Assembly (NCBI GenBank): GCA_903880095.1
Contig: CAIRNX010000038.1
Span: 5,399 to 69,398 of the forward strand
DNA from: an uncultured Micrococcales bacterium
Lineage (GTDB): Bacteria > Actinomycetota > Actinomycetes > Actinomycetales > Microbacteriaceae
Reading direction: 5' to 3'
Length of the DNA stretch: 64,000 nt
Shown here piece after piece: positions 45,427-54,764 of the stretch. The position numbers were made by a program, and so were the translations under genes. Positions within the stretch are counted from its first letter, which is position 1; every line of letters begins with the position of its first letter. The notes under the pieces were generated by a model, which was not told the origin of the DNA, did no database searches, and saw only the letters and a list, made by a program, of their open reading frames with translations.

Positions 45427-46622
45427 TTCTTGACGAGGCTTGCCACTGCCTCAACGTGATGAGTGTGCGGGAACAGGTCGAATGCTCTAAGGCCTGCGAG
45501 CTCATAGCCGGCAGCCAAGAACTGCTTCAGGTCGCGTGCCAGTGCTACAGGGTCGCAGGCAACATAGACAACATGGCGCGGCTCTAGCTTGAGAATCTGA
45601 CCAACCACCTTAGCGCCAGCGCCAGAACGCGGCGGGTCAAGAACGATTGTGTCAGCGGTTTTTTGGGTGTTCAAGAATCGCTCAACCGGGGTGCAAATGG
45701 CCTGAGCCTTTGGCATGTCGGCGATGTTTAGCTTGGCATCTTCGGTTGCCTGCTTGAAAGCCTCGACGGTTGTAACGCGAACGTCCTTGCCGAACTTGCC
45801 GGCTAGGGCGCTTGCAAATAGGCCAACACCACCGTAAAGGTCAAGGTTGTTCTCTTCTTTATTGAAGCCAGCCTTTTCGATCAAACCCAGCACGCAGCTG
45901 GTTAGCAATTCCGGAGCCGCCTTGTGCACCTGCCAAAAGCCTCCACCCGAAATTCTGAAGGTTCGCCCGGCAGCGCGCTCGATTAGGCGCTCGTCGCCCT
46001 TTAGCTTTTTATCAATCTTCCACTGCAACTGGCCAGCCGAAGATGCCGCAATTTCGATCTTCGAGACGTCTTGCCAATTCTTGGTGTGAACGCTCAACTC
46101 GACGATTTCTTCAACTGCGAGCGGTAGGTCTTTGACGCGCACAACCTCGTGGCTGCGCTCTTTATAAGGGCCGGCAAAGCCTGCGGCGTCGACGTGCAAC
46201 TGCACGCGCATGCGGTAGCCGAGGCCGTTCGCTGCATCGTCGCTAGGTGCAGCCTCAACCTCGACGCGGCGCTTGATGCCGGCCATGCGGTCGAGTGCCT
46301 CCTCGAGAACGTCTGCCTTGAGCTCGCGCTGGCGCGAAAGTTTGATGTGACCGAACTCGGCGCCACCGGCACCTCCGACACCCGCCGACTTCCAGAAATG
46401 CCTGACGCGATCTGGTGAAGGCTTGATGATTTCGATCGGTTCTGCGCGACAGAAAGAGCCGCCGCGATCTTCGAATACCTTGACCTTAACTACTTCGCCG
46501 GGCAGCACGTGCGAGACAAAGAGAACTCGCCCCTCGTGCCGGGCGACAAAGACGCCACCGTGCGCGACCTTCTCAATGGTCGTTTCGATTTCGCGGCCTA
46601 GCCAGGATTCACTTTTAGTCAC
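45423..46622 (-). CDS. TRAM-domain class I SAM-dependent RNA (uracil-5) methyltransferase (RumA/TrmA family)
   Basis: N-terminal TRAM domain (IEKVAHGGVFVARHEGRVLFV). LDLYGGVGLFA (SAM motif I), LDPPRSG and YVACDP (catalytic Cys). GTG start. Confidence 0.85.
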   Translation of the reverse strand: MTKSESWLGREIETTIEKVAHGGVFVARHEGRVLFVSHVLPGEVVKVKVFEDRGGSFCRAEPIEIIKPSPDRVRHFWKSAGVGGAGGAEFGHIKLSRQRELKADVLEEALDRMAGIKRRVEVEAAPSDDAANGLGYRMRVQLHVDAAGFAGPYKERSHEVVRVKDLPLAVEEIVELSVHTKNWQDVSKIEIAASSAGQLQWKIDKKLKGDERLIERAAGRTFRISGGGFWQVHKAAPELLTSCVLGLIEKAGFNKEENNLDLYGGVGLFASALAGKFGKDVRVTTVEAFKQATEDAKLNIADMPKAQAICTPVERFLNTQKTADTIVLDPPRSGAGAKVVGQILKLEPRHVVYVACDPVALARDLKQFLAAGYELAGLRAFDLFPHTHHVEAVASLVKK

Positions 46623-46647
46623 TACTCAAGTGTGCCAGACTCGAAGC

Positions 46648-47286
46648 GTGACCGCCCTTGTTCTTGCATCAACCAGCCCCGCTCGATTGACCCTGCTTCG
46701 CTCGGGCGGCATCGAACCCATCACAATTGCTCCGGGGGTCGACGAAGACGCTGTTGCACAGCGCGCCAACGAGATGGGCCTGATCTCTTCGGTCGAAGAC
46801 ATGGTGCACATTTTGGCGAAAGCCAAAGCTGACGCAGTTGCAGCCCTACCTGAGGCTGCCGGCGCACTTGTCATCGGATGCGATTCTTCGCTCGAATTCT
46901 CTGGCGAAGCACTGGGTAAGCCTCACGAACCTCAGGTTGCCCTTGATCGCTGGAAGCGCATGCGCGGGCACAGCGGCACCCTTCACACCGGCCATTGGCT
47001 AATCGACAACCGAAACCCAGTTGCGGGCGAGCCCTCCCCCGCCATCGGTTTGGTGAAATCGTCCAAGGTTAATTTTGCCGATCTGAGCGACGACGAGATC
47101 GAAAAGTACGTTGCCACCGGCGAACCTCTAAAGGTTGCCGGCGCATTTACGATCGACGGGCTCGGCGGTGCGTTCATTGAGTCAATCGAGGGTGACTCGC
47201 ACACCGTGGTTGGTCTTTCACTCAGCGCTCTTCGCTCGCTCACGCTGCAGCTCGGCGTCGAATATACGAGTCTCTGGAACCTGTAA
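46648..47286 (+). CDS. maf: Maf-family nucleoside triphosphate pyrophosphatase
   Basis: LVLASTSPARLTLL and VDE. GTG 46648 is chosen (GTG 46630 is also possible). The ORF-track start at 46423 lies inside the divergent methyltransferase gene. Confidence 0.85.
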   Translation: MTALVLASTSPARLTLLRSGGIEPITIAPGVDEDAVAQRANEMGLISSVEDMVHILAKAKADAVAALPEAAGALVIGCDSSLEFSGEALGKPHEPQVALDRWKRMRGHSGTLHTGHWLIDNRNPVAGEPSPAIGLVKSSKVNFADLSDDEIEKYVATGEPLKVAGAFTIDGLGGAFIESIEGDSHTVVGLSLSALRSLTLQLGVEYTSLWNL

Positions 47287-47318
47287 AACCAACCTTTTAG
47301 CCAATAGGCTTAACGATT

Positions 47319-49085
47319 ATGACTTCACGCAAGATCACTAAGGTCCTCATTGCCAACCGCGGCGAAATCGCTGTGCGAATCGCACGCGCTGCCAAAGACT
47401 CAGGCATCTCATCGGTAGCGGTTTACGCCGACCAAGACCGTGATGCGATGCACGTGAAGCTTGCCGATGAGGCCTACGCGCTTCACGGCACCTCAAGCGC
47501 AGAAACCTATCTGGTAATCGACAAGATTCTCGGCGTTGCTAAGCAATCTGGCGCAGACGCGGTACACCCTGGCTACGGCTTCTTGGCCGAAAACGCCGAA
47601 TTCGCTCGCGCGGTTATCAAGGCCGGGCTGATTTGGATTGGTCCGAGCCCAGAAGCAATCGAACAACTCGGCGACAAGGTTTCGGCGAGACACGTAGCCG
47701 AGAAGGTTGGCGCACCGCTAGCCCCTGGCACTTTAAACCCTGTTTCGGGGGCTGAAGAAGTTCTCGATTTTGTTGCCATTCACGGTGTTCCGGTTGCCAT
47801 CAAGGCTGCCTTCGGCGGCGGCGGTCGTGGAATCAAAGTTGCCTACAAAAAAGAAGAAGTTGCCGAGCTTTTTGAGTCGGCTACCCGTGAGGCAATCGCA
47901 GCCTTTGGTCGTGGTGAATGCTTCGTTGAAAAGTACTTAGAAAAGCCTCGGCACGTTGAGACCCAGTGCCTCGCAGACGCCTACGGCAACGTGGTCGTTG
48001 TCTCAACTCGAGACTGCTCGCTTCAGCGCAGGCACCAGAAACTGGTCGAAGAGGCACCGGCTCCGTTCCTGACCGATGACCAGATCAAGCGCCTCTACGA
48101 ATCGTCGAAGGCGATCTTGAAAGAGGTTGGCTACCAGGGTGCCGGCACCTGCGAGTTTTTAGTCGCGCAAGACGGCACCATCTCGTTCCTCGAGGTAAAC
48201 ACCCGCCTGCAGGTTGAGCACCCGGTCTCTGAAGAAGTCACCGGAATCGACCTAGTTCGCGAACAGTTCAGAATCGCCGAGGGCGGCAAGCTCGAATACT
48301 CAGACCCTGAGGTTCGCGGCCACTCTTTCGAGTTCAGAATTAACGGCGAAGACGCTGGCAAAAACTTCATGCCCGCACCGGGCCCGGTTCACGTGTTCAA
48401 AGCGCCTAGCGGCCCTGGCGTTCGCGTCGACACCGGCGTTGGCTCAGGCGACGTAATCTCTGGCTCGTTCGACTCAATGGTTGCAAAGCTGATTGTCACC
48501 GGCGCGACCCGCGAAGAAGCGCTGGCTCGTAGCCGTCGCGCCCTAGCCGAGATGGAAGTCAACGGGCTGCCAACGGTTCTGCCTTTTCACCGCAAGATCG
48601 TGAACGACCCAGCCTTCATCGGTGCCGACGGCAAGTTCGGCATCTACACCCGCTGGATCGAAACCGAGTGGGTCAACGACATTCCCGCTTGGAGCGGCGT
48701 TGCCGACCAGCCTGCCGAACCTGAAGACCGCAACAACGTCGTGGTCGAGGTTGGCGGCAAGCGCATCGAAGTTTCGCTGCCAAAGCGTCTCGTTTCAGCC
48801 GGCGGTTCAAGTGCAACCGCTGGGCGTGCGCCAAAGCGCAAGGCTCACGCTGCAACCGGCGGACCTTCTGGCAACACCGTGAAGGCCGAGATGCAATCTA
48901 CGGTCGTGAAAATTGCCGTCGCAGAGGGCGACAAGGTTGTTGAAGGTGACCTTGTGATCGTCCTTGAGGCCATGAAGATGGAGCAGCCAATCAAAGCTCA
49001 CAAGGCCGGCACCGTCACCAAGATTTCAGCAGAGGTTGGCGCCACGATTCCTGCAGGCACCGTGCTGCTCGAAATCGAAGATTGA
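47319..49085 (+). CDS. accA3: acetyl/propionyl-CoA carboxylase alpha subunit (biotin carboxylase + BCCP)
   Basis: [18 protein letters not shown] and C-terminal EAMKME biotinylation site. Confidence 0.95.
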   Translation: MTSRKITKVLIANRGEIAVRIARAAKDSGISSVAVYADQDRDAMHVKLADEAYALHGTSSAETYLVIDKILGVAKQSGADAVHPGYGFLAENAEFARAVIKAGLIWIGPSPEAIEQLGDKVSARHVAEKVGAPLAPGTLNPVSGAEEVLDFVAIHGVPVAIKAAFGGGGRGIKVAYKKEEVAELFESATREAIAAFGRGECFVEKYLEKPRHVETQCLADAYGNVVVVSTRDCSLQRRHQKLVEEAPAPFLTDDQIKRLYESSKAILKEVGYQGAGTCEFLVAQDGTISFLEVNTRLQVEHPVSEEVTGIDLVREQFRIAEGGKLEYSDPEVRGHSFEFRINGEDAGKNFMPAPGPVHVFKAPSGPGVRVDTGVGSGDVISGSFDSMVAKLIVTGATREEALARSRRALAEMEVNGLPTVLPFHRKIVNDPAFIGADGKFGIYTRWIETEWVNDIPAWSGVADQPAEPEDRNNVVVEVGGKRIEVSLPKRLVSAGGSSATAGRAPKRKAHAATGGPSGNTVKAEMQSTVVKIAVAEGDKVVEGDLVIVLEAMKMEQPIKAHKAGTVTKISAEVGATIPAGTVLLEIED

Positions 49086-50305
49086 TCCGCGTAGCGTTTC
49101 TTCCGCTTTATACCGAGGCATGGGATTCGCTGTCCGAGGTTTATGAGCGCATGCGCAAAGATGAGCGCTTTGAGGTGCGCGTCTTCACCATCAACCGCAA
49201 ACTCACCGGCGACACCGAATTTCACGGGCAACTAGAGGCCCACGAATATCTCAATTCGCTAAAAGTGCAAAACACCATGCTCACTTCGGTTGATGAACTG
49301 AAGGTGTTTGCCCCCGACTACACGTTCATCAACTACCCGTGGCAGCGCAACTACGAAGAGCAGTACCGAGCCGAAGAACTGGTGAAGTTCACCAAGTTGG
49401 CCTACGTGCCTTACTTCTTGCTGCCAATGGTTACTGAACCGTGGGACGTTGGTGTGGCTGGGCACTACTACCGCCAACGATCACACCAACTCGCCTCGCT
49501 TATTTTCACGCAAGACCGCAACACCAAGCGTGCATTCAAACTCACTGAGCGTGGCAATAAGTACGTTAAGTTCACAGGTTCACCAAAGATTGATTCTCTG
49601 ATTAAGCGGGCACGCAAAGTTGAAAAGAGTGCCAGAAACCGCTATCGAATCGTCTGGGCGCCACACCACTCATATGGGCCGCTGTGGCTGAACTTCGGCA
49701 CCTTCGCGCAGATGCACCAGCAGATGTTCGCCTTCGCCAAGGTTCACCCCGAAGTAGACATCGTCTTCAAGCCTCACCCTTTCTTGCTCGGCACCATGAC
49801 CGACCGTGGTTTGATGTCTCAGAGTGAGGTTGAAGAATGGGTTTTAGCCTGGGAGGCTCTGCCAAACACTTCGACGAACACCGAGAGCGATTACGTTGGG
49901 CTGTTTGTGAACAGCGACATGCTGATCTGCGACGGTATCTCGTTCTTGGGTGAATACCCGCTGATCACCGGCCGCCCTGCAGTGTTCTTGGAGCGCGAAG
50001 ACCATTGGGCTTTCTCGCCACTTGGTGAAACAATCGCAGCTACCTCGGTTCGTTTCAAGTCGTTCGTCGAGTTCGGTCACGCGTTCGAGAAACTTCGCGC
50101 TCAAGGGTTGCCAGACAGAAGCGAGCAGATCGAAAACTTCATGGACGAAGCCATCCCTTTCCCGCGCAAGGCAGCCAGAAAGATCATCAAGGCGGTTGTG
50201 AAAGACTTCGACAAGAAGATGCCGCTAATCGATGCCTCCCGAATGATCGAAACCACGTGGGAGCAAGACGCAGATGCTAGGCGAGCGGCCGGTGGAGCGC
50301 TCTAG
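49082..50305 (+). CDS. putative TagB/TagF-like glycerophosphotransferase-family protein
   Basis: RIVWAPHHS (compare APTWR), FKPHP and [15 protein letters not shown] (compare SDxLITDYSS). The TTG start overlaps the accA3 stop (TTGA). Confidence 0.45.
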   Translation: MIRVAFLPLYTEAWDSLSEVYERMRKDERFEVRVFTINRKLTGDTEFHGQLEAHEYLNSLKVQNTMLTSVDELKVFAPDYTFINYPWQRNYEEQYRAEELVKFTKLAYVPYFLLPMVTEPWDVGVAGHYYRQRSHQLASLIFTQDRNTKRAFKLTERGNKYVKFTGSPKIDSLIKRARKVEKSARNRYRIVWAPHHSYGPLWLNFGTFAQMHQQMFAFAKVHPEVDIVFKPHPFLLGTMTDRGLMSQSEVEEWVLAWEALPNTSTNTESDYVGLFVNSDMLICDGISFLGEYPLITGRPAVFLEREDHWAFSPLGETIAATSVRFKSFVEFGHAFEKLRAQGLPDRSEQIENFMDEAIPFPRKAARKIIKAVVKDFDKKMPLIDASRMIETTWEQDADARRAAGGAL

Positions 50306-51695
50306 CAGCCTCTGTAATCGACGTTGACATCGATGGGTAAACCGCGAAGGTCTTAGCCACCTGATCGACCGTTAGGCGGTTTTCAACCGCGAGAGCTATC
50401 GGGTAGATCAATTCAGAGGCGCGCGGCGCAACCACGATTCCGCCAATCACCGTGCCTGAGCCAGCCGAGGCAATGATCTTGATGAAACCTTCGGTTAGCC
50501 CCTGCATTTTCGCGCGCGGGTTTTCTTCGAGCTCGATGCGGTGCACGGTTGCATCAACCAAACCTTCTTGAACCGCTTTTTCGCTCCAGCCGACTGACGC
50601 AATCTCTGGGCTGGTGAAAACGTTGGCTGCGACGTTGCGAAGTTGGGTTGGCGCTGCAACATCGCCCATGGTGTGAAACACTGCGGTGCGCCCCTGCATG
50701 GCACTCACCGAAGCAAGTGGCAAAAAGTTGGTGCAATCGCCAACCGCATAAACATTTGCTCGCGAGGTTCGAGCAACACGGTTCACGACCACGTGCCCAC
50801 TCTCGGTGACTTCAACACCGGCTTCTTCGAGCATGAGCCCTGCGGTGTTTGGAATACCACCAACGGCCATCAAGCAGTGGCTGCCTTCGATGGTTTTGCC
50901 GTCGGCAAGGGTAACTTGCACACCCGAACCGGTGTTCACAACCGTTTCGGCACGAGACTTATTTAGAACGTTCATGCCTTTGCCGCGGAACACGCGCTCG
51001 ATAAGTTCGGCGGCGTCTTGGTCTTCACCAGGCAAAACCATGTCGCGGCTCGAAACCAGTGTTACTTCAGCTCCAAGACCTAGAAACGCAGACGCAAATT
51101 CGGCGCCGGTGACACCAGAGCCGACGACGATCATGTGCTCTGGCACCTCGGTTAGTTCGTAGAGGTCGAGCCAAGTGAGAATTCGTTCGCCATCTGGTTT
51201 CGCGCTCTCAAGAGTTCGAGGGTGCGCGCCAACAGAAACGATTACGGTCTTGGCTTCGAGCTTTTCTTCTTTGCCATCTGCATGAGTTGCGATTACGTGG
51301 TGGTTGCCATCGAGACGGCCAGAGCCGTGAATGATTCGAACGCCCTGCTCGAGAAGGTTTTCGGTTAGTTCTTGAGACTGCTCGAGGGCCATGGCCTTTA
51401 GGCGCCTATTGATCTCGCCAAGGTCGATCGGGGTTTCGCTCATCGAAAAATGGATGCCGAGTTCAGCTGCCTGTTTGACAGACGCTGCCGCCTCAGCCGC
51501 CGCAATCAAACCCTTCGAAGGCACCACATCGGTGAGAACGGCCGAGCCACCCACGCCGTTGCGCTCAATCAGAGTTACCTGGGCGCCGAGTTGAATGCCG
51601 GCTAGGGCTGCTTCATAGCCACCGGGGCCTCCGCCGATGATGACAATGTGGTGTTTTTTTGGGGCTACTGTGCTCACCAGTCCATTCTCGCTCAT
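50277..51695 (-). CDS. lpdA: flavoprotein disulfide-reductase-family NAD(P)H-quinone dehydrogenase (LpdA/Rv3303c-like)
   Basis: IIGGGPGGYEAA. The redox CxxxxC is replaced (GGSAVLTDVVPSK), as in mycobacterial LpdA. ATG 51695 or TTG 51716. Confidence 0.82.
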   Translation of the reverse strand: MSENGLVSTVAPKKHHIVIIGGGPGGYEAALAGIQLGAQVTLIERNGVGGSAVLTDVVPSKGLIAAAEAAASVKQAAELGIHFSMSETPIDLGEINRRLKAMALEQSQELTENLLEQGVRIIHGSGRLDGNHHVIATHADGKEEKLEAKTVIVSVGAHPRTLESAKPDGERILTWLDLYELTEVPEHMIVVGSGVTGAEFASAFLGLGAEVTLVSSRDMVLPGEDQDAAELIERVFRGKGMNVLNKSRAETVVNTGSGVQVTLADGKTIEGSHCLMAVGGIPNTAGLMLEEAGVEVTESGHVVVNRVARTSRANVYAVGDCTNFLPLASVSAMQGRTAVFHTMGDVAAPTQLRNVAANVFTSPEIASVGWSEKAVQEGLVDATVHRIELEENPRAKMQGLTEGFIKIIASAGSGTVIGGIVVAPRASELIYPIALAVENRLTVDQVAKTFAVYPSMSTSITEAARALHRPLA

Positions 51696-51719
51696 CAACC
51701 GATAAGTAGACTTCAAAAT

Positions 51720-52538
51720 ATGAATAACCCACTGAAGGATTCAACGAAGAACCCGTTCGACGTAGCCGCCGAGGCCGCCGCCGTTATCGCCGAGAAGACC
51801 GGGGTCGCGAAACACGACATCGCACTGACCCTTGGCTCCGGCTGGGGCAAAGCTGCCGAACTTATCGGCGAAACCATCGCCACTTTCGACGCGACCGAAG
51901 TCGTTGGGTTCAACCCGCCCGCCGTGCTTGGCCACGCCACAACGATTCGCTCAATCAAGCTCCCAGACGGCCGTCACGCGCTAGTTCTGCCTCGAAGTCA
52001 CTGGTACGAAGACCACGGTATTCGCTCGGTAGTGCACCCTGTGCGCACCGCGGCAGCGGCAGGCGTGAAGGTTTTCATTCTCACCAACGGTTGCGGCGGC
52101 CTAAACCCCGACCTCAAGCCGGGCACGCCTGTTCTGATTCGTGACCACATTTCGCTTGTGTTCAAGAGCCCCATCGAAGGCGCAAACTTCGTCGACCTAA
52201 CCGACGCATATTCGCCTCGCCTACGCGAAATCGCCAAGAGCGTTGACCCGAGCCTCACCGAAGGTGTCTACGTTCAGTTCACCGGCCCGCACTACGAAAC
52301 CCCTGCCGAAGTAAAAATGGCCAAGGCCATTGGCGGCGACTTAGTCGGCATGTCGACTGCTCTAGAAACGATCGCAGCACGCGAATCGAAGCTCGAGGTG
52401 CTTGGCCTCTCGCTGATGACGAACCTTGCCGCCGGTATTCAGACCACGCCGCTTTCACACACGGAGGTGCTTGAAGCTGGCCGTGAAGCCGAGGGTCGAA
52501 TCTCGAAACTGCTCGCCGAGATCATCGCAAAGTTCTAA
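51720..52538 (+). CDS. punA: purine-nucleoside phosphorylase (trimeric PunA type)
   Basis: GSGWG, LTNGCGGLN and GMSTALET. ATG 51720. Confidence 0.9.
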   Translation: MNNPLKDSTKNPFDVAAEAAAVIAEKTGVAKHDIALTLGSGWGKAAELIGETIATFDATEVVGFNPPAVLGHATTIRSIKLPDGRHALVLPRSHWYEDHGIRSVVHPVRTAAAAGVKVFILTNGCGGLNPDLKPGTPVLIRDHISLVFKSPIEGANFVDLTDAYSPRLREIAKSVDPSLTEGVYVQFTGPHYETPAEVKMAKAIGGDLVGMSTALETIAARESKLEVLGLSLMTNLAAGIQTTPLSHTEVLEAGREAEGRISKLLAEIIAKF

Positions 52539-52541
52539 AAC

Positions 52542-54047
52542 GTGGACTACCGCAAACTGGCCGAAGCCTGGCTCGCAATTGACCCAGACCCAGAGACACG
52601 CGAAGAACTAACTGCCCTACTTGGCGACGAAGCCGCTTTGGCACAACGTTTTGCCGAGCGGCTGAACTTTGGCACAGCCGGTTTGCGCGGTGAACTGGGA
52701 GCCGGCCCGAACCGAATGAACCGCGTTGTAGTTGGCCAGGCCGCGCTTGGGCTAAGCAACTTTTTGGGTGGCAGGGGTCGCCTGGTTATCGGTTTCGACG
52801 GGCGCGTTAACTCAGACGTGTTCGCTCGAGACACCGCCGAGCTTGCCGCGGCAGCCGGCCTAGAGGTTTTGCTTTTCGACCGCATGGTGCCTACCCCGGT
52901 GCTCGCCTTTGCCGTAAAGCACCTCGACGCAGCCGCAGGCGTGATGGTTACCGCGAGCCACAACCCGCCAAGAGATAACGGCTACAAGGTTTATTTGGGA
53001 GGAGCCAACGGTGGTGGCCAAATCATCTCACCAACCGACGCCGAAATTCAGGCCGAAATTTTAAAGGTTGCCGATTCAAACCAGCCATGGGCTAGAAGCG
53101 ATGACTACCAGTTCATTGGCGCAGAGGTTATCGAGGCCTATTTTGCGCGCGTCCTAGAAATCACCAAGGGCCGAGGGCAAATCCAACCCAAAATTGTTTA
53201 CACGGCAATGCACGGCGTTGGCTGGCCCTTCGCCAAAGAGCTTTTTGAGCGTGCCGGTTACACCGACGTGCACTCGGTGCTTGAGCAGCAGGAGCCCGAC
53301 GGAGCGTTTCCGACAGTGGCATTCCCAAATCCAGAAGAACCCGGCGCACTCGACCTCGCTCTCGACCTTTTCGAGAAAACCGATGCCGACCTGATCATTG
53401 CCAACGACCCCGATGCCGACAGGTTAGCCGTGGTTATCAGAGACGAGTTTGGCAAAGCTAAACGTCTCACCGGCAACGAGGTTGGTCTCATTCTTGGCGA
53501 AATGATGGCAATGCGAGCCAGCGGTGGCTCACTTGCCTGCTCAATGGTTTCGAGCGATCAGCTTGCCGCTGTTGCTAAAGCACACGGACTCGGATTCAGC
53601 CAGACCAAAACCGGCTTCAAGTGGATCAGCAAGGTTCCGGGTCTCGTCTTTGGCTTCGAAGAAGCACTCGGCTACTGCATCGACCCTCAGGTTGTGCCTG
53701 ATAAAGACGGCATAAGCGCCGCGATGGCGATCGCTCTACTTGCCAGCGAGACGCCCGTTAGCGATTTCATGGCCAATCTTTCGAAAAAATATGGAAGCTA
53801 CGCTACCGACCAGGTCAGCCTTCGCTTCTCGAGCGTGGCTGAGGCAAAGGTTGCCTTCGAAAAGGCCACCGCCGGCATGCACGAAGACGACGGCATGGTG
53901 GTTTGGGTGCCGCGAGAAGGCGAAAAGGTGACTTTCAGGATTTCTGGAACCGAACCAAAACTTAAGTGCTACCTGCAAGTTAGCGGCGAGAACGCCGATG
54001 AGCGATTGAAATCTCTAGTTGAAGAAGTTCGTGCAAAACTGATTTAA
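52542..54047 (+). CDS. pmmB: phospho-sugar mutase (PmmB-like, probably phosphopentomutase role)
   Basis: TASHNPPRDNGYK and NDPDADR. GTG start. It sits next to PNP, as Rv3307/Rv3308 do. Confidence 0.88.
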   Translation: MDYRKLAEAWLAIDPDPETREELTALLGDEAALAQRFAERLNFGTAGLRGELGAGPNRMNRVVVGQAALGLSNFLGGRGRLVIGFDGRVNSDVFARDTAELAAAAGLEVLLFDRMVPTPVLAFAVKHLDAAAGVMVTASHNPPRDNGYKVYLGGANGGGQIISPTDAEIQAEILKVADSNQPWARSDDYQFIGAEVIEAYFARVLEITKGRGQIQPKIVYTAMHGVGWPFAKELFERAGYTDVHSVLEQQEPDGAFPTVAFPNPEEPGALDLALDLFEKTDADLIIANDPDADRLAVVIRDEFGKAKRLTGNEVGLILGEMMAMRASGGSLACSMVSSDQLAAVAKAHGLGFSQTKTGFKWISKVPGLVFGFEEALGYCIDPQVVPDKDGISAAMAIALLASETPVSDFMANLSKKYGSYATDQVSLRFSSVAEAKVAFEKATAGMHEDDGMVVWVPREGEKVTFRISGTEPKLKCYLQVSGENADERLKSLVEEVRAKLI

Positions 54048-54316
54048 AGCAGCGCTTTGGCCAACTTCTCTTTGATTTCATGCTTATCAATCACATGGTC
54101 GATAGTAATAATCTCCGGGCCAATACCGTCAAGCAACTGGGCCAAGTCGACAGTGGTCAGGATGATGTTTGCTTCTCGACTGTCGCGTCGAACCTCTGCC
54201 ATTGAAATGGCATCTACAGTTGCCGTTAGACCAAGCTCAACGAGAGCTCTCTCAGCATTCTTTTTCAAAATGATGCTACTGCCAATACCCACTCCACAAA
54301 CCGCAACGATACGCAT
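54044..54316 (-). CDS. PTS EIIB component, ascorbate (UlaB/SgaB) type
   Basis: 90 aa. RIVAVCGVGIGSS contains the phospho-Cys. Confidence 0.8.
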   Translation of the reverse strand: MRIVAVCGVGIGSSIILKKNAERALVELGLTATVDAISMAEVRRDSREANIILTTVDLAQLLDGIGPEIITIDHVIDKHEIKEKLAKALL

Positions 54317-54320
54317 TGTT

Positions 54321-54764
54321 CTATTCTGCCCTCTCGCTCGCGAGCAAAGCGCTCAACTGGTCATTTGTGCACGCATTTAACAGGCTATTTACAAACTGTT
54401 GGTCGGTCAGGCGCTCAGCAAGTGCCGCCAACACCTCAAGATGACCTTCGTGATCGAGTGCCGCCAACCCAAAGACCAAGCGAACGGGGTCATTATGACT
54501 ACCAAACTCGATTGGCTCAGAGAGCACCGCGAGGCTCAAACCTGTTTCAAGCACAGCCTCACTTGGGCGGGCGTGCGCCAGAGCAATGCCAGGCGCGATG
54601 ACTATGTAAGGGCCGAATTCTTCAACCGCAGCAATCATTTGGTCAATGTAGTCGGCGGTAACCCTGCCGCTAGCAACGAGCAAGTCTCCGCTTGCGCGAA
54701 TGGCGGCTTCACGGTCGGCTGCCGAAACGGCAACCGCCAAAGACCCCTCGCCAAAAGCGATCAA
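54321..54764 (-). CDS. PTS EIIA component, PTS_EIIA_2 (ascorbate/mannitol/Ntr) type
   Basis: 147 aa. YIVIAPGIALAHARP contains the phospho-His. The TTG start overlaps the add stop (TTGA). Confidence 0.8.
   Translation of the reverse strand: MIAFGEGSLAVAVSAADREAAIRASGDLLVASGRVTADYIDQMIAAVEEFGPYIVIAPGIALAHARPSEAVLETGLSLAVLSEPIEFGSHNDPVRLVFGLAALDHEGHLEVLAALAERLTDQQFVNSLLNACTNDQLSALLASERAE

Noticed and set aside
46423-46647. 75-codon N-terminal extension of the maf ORF.
   Set aside because: It lies within the divergently transcribed methyltransferase gene and has a low-complexity translation. The GTG at 46648 gives the canonical Maf N-terminus (LVLASTSPAR).
50277-51695. Lpd-family flavoprotein lacking the redox-active CxxxxC disulfide.
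   Set aside because: This is the known property of mycobacterial LpdA (Rv3303c)-type NAD(P)H quinone reductases at the syntenic position, so it is not novel.
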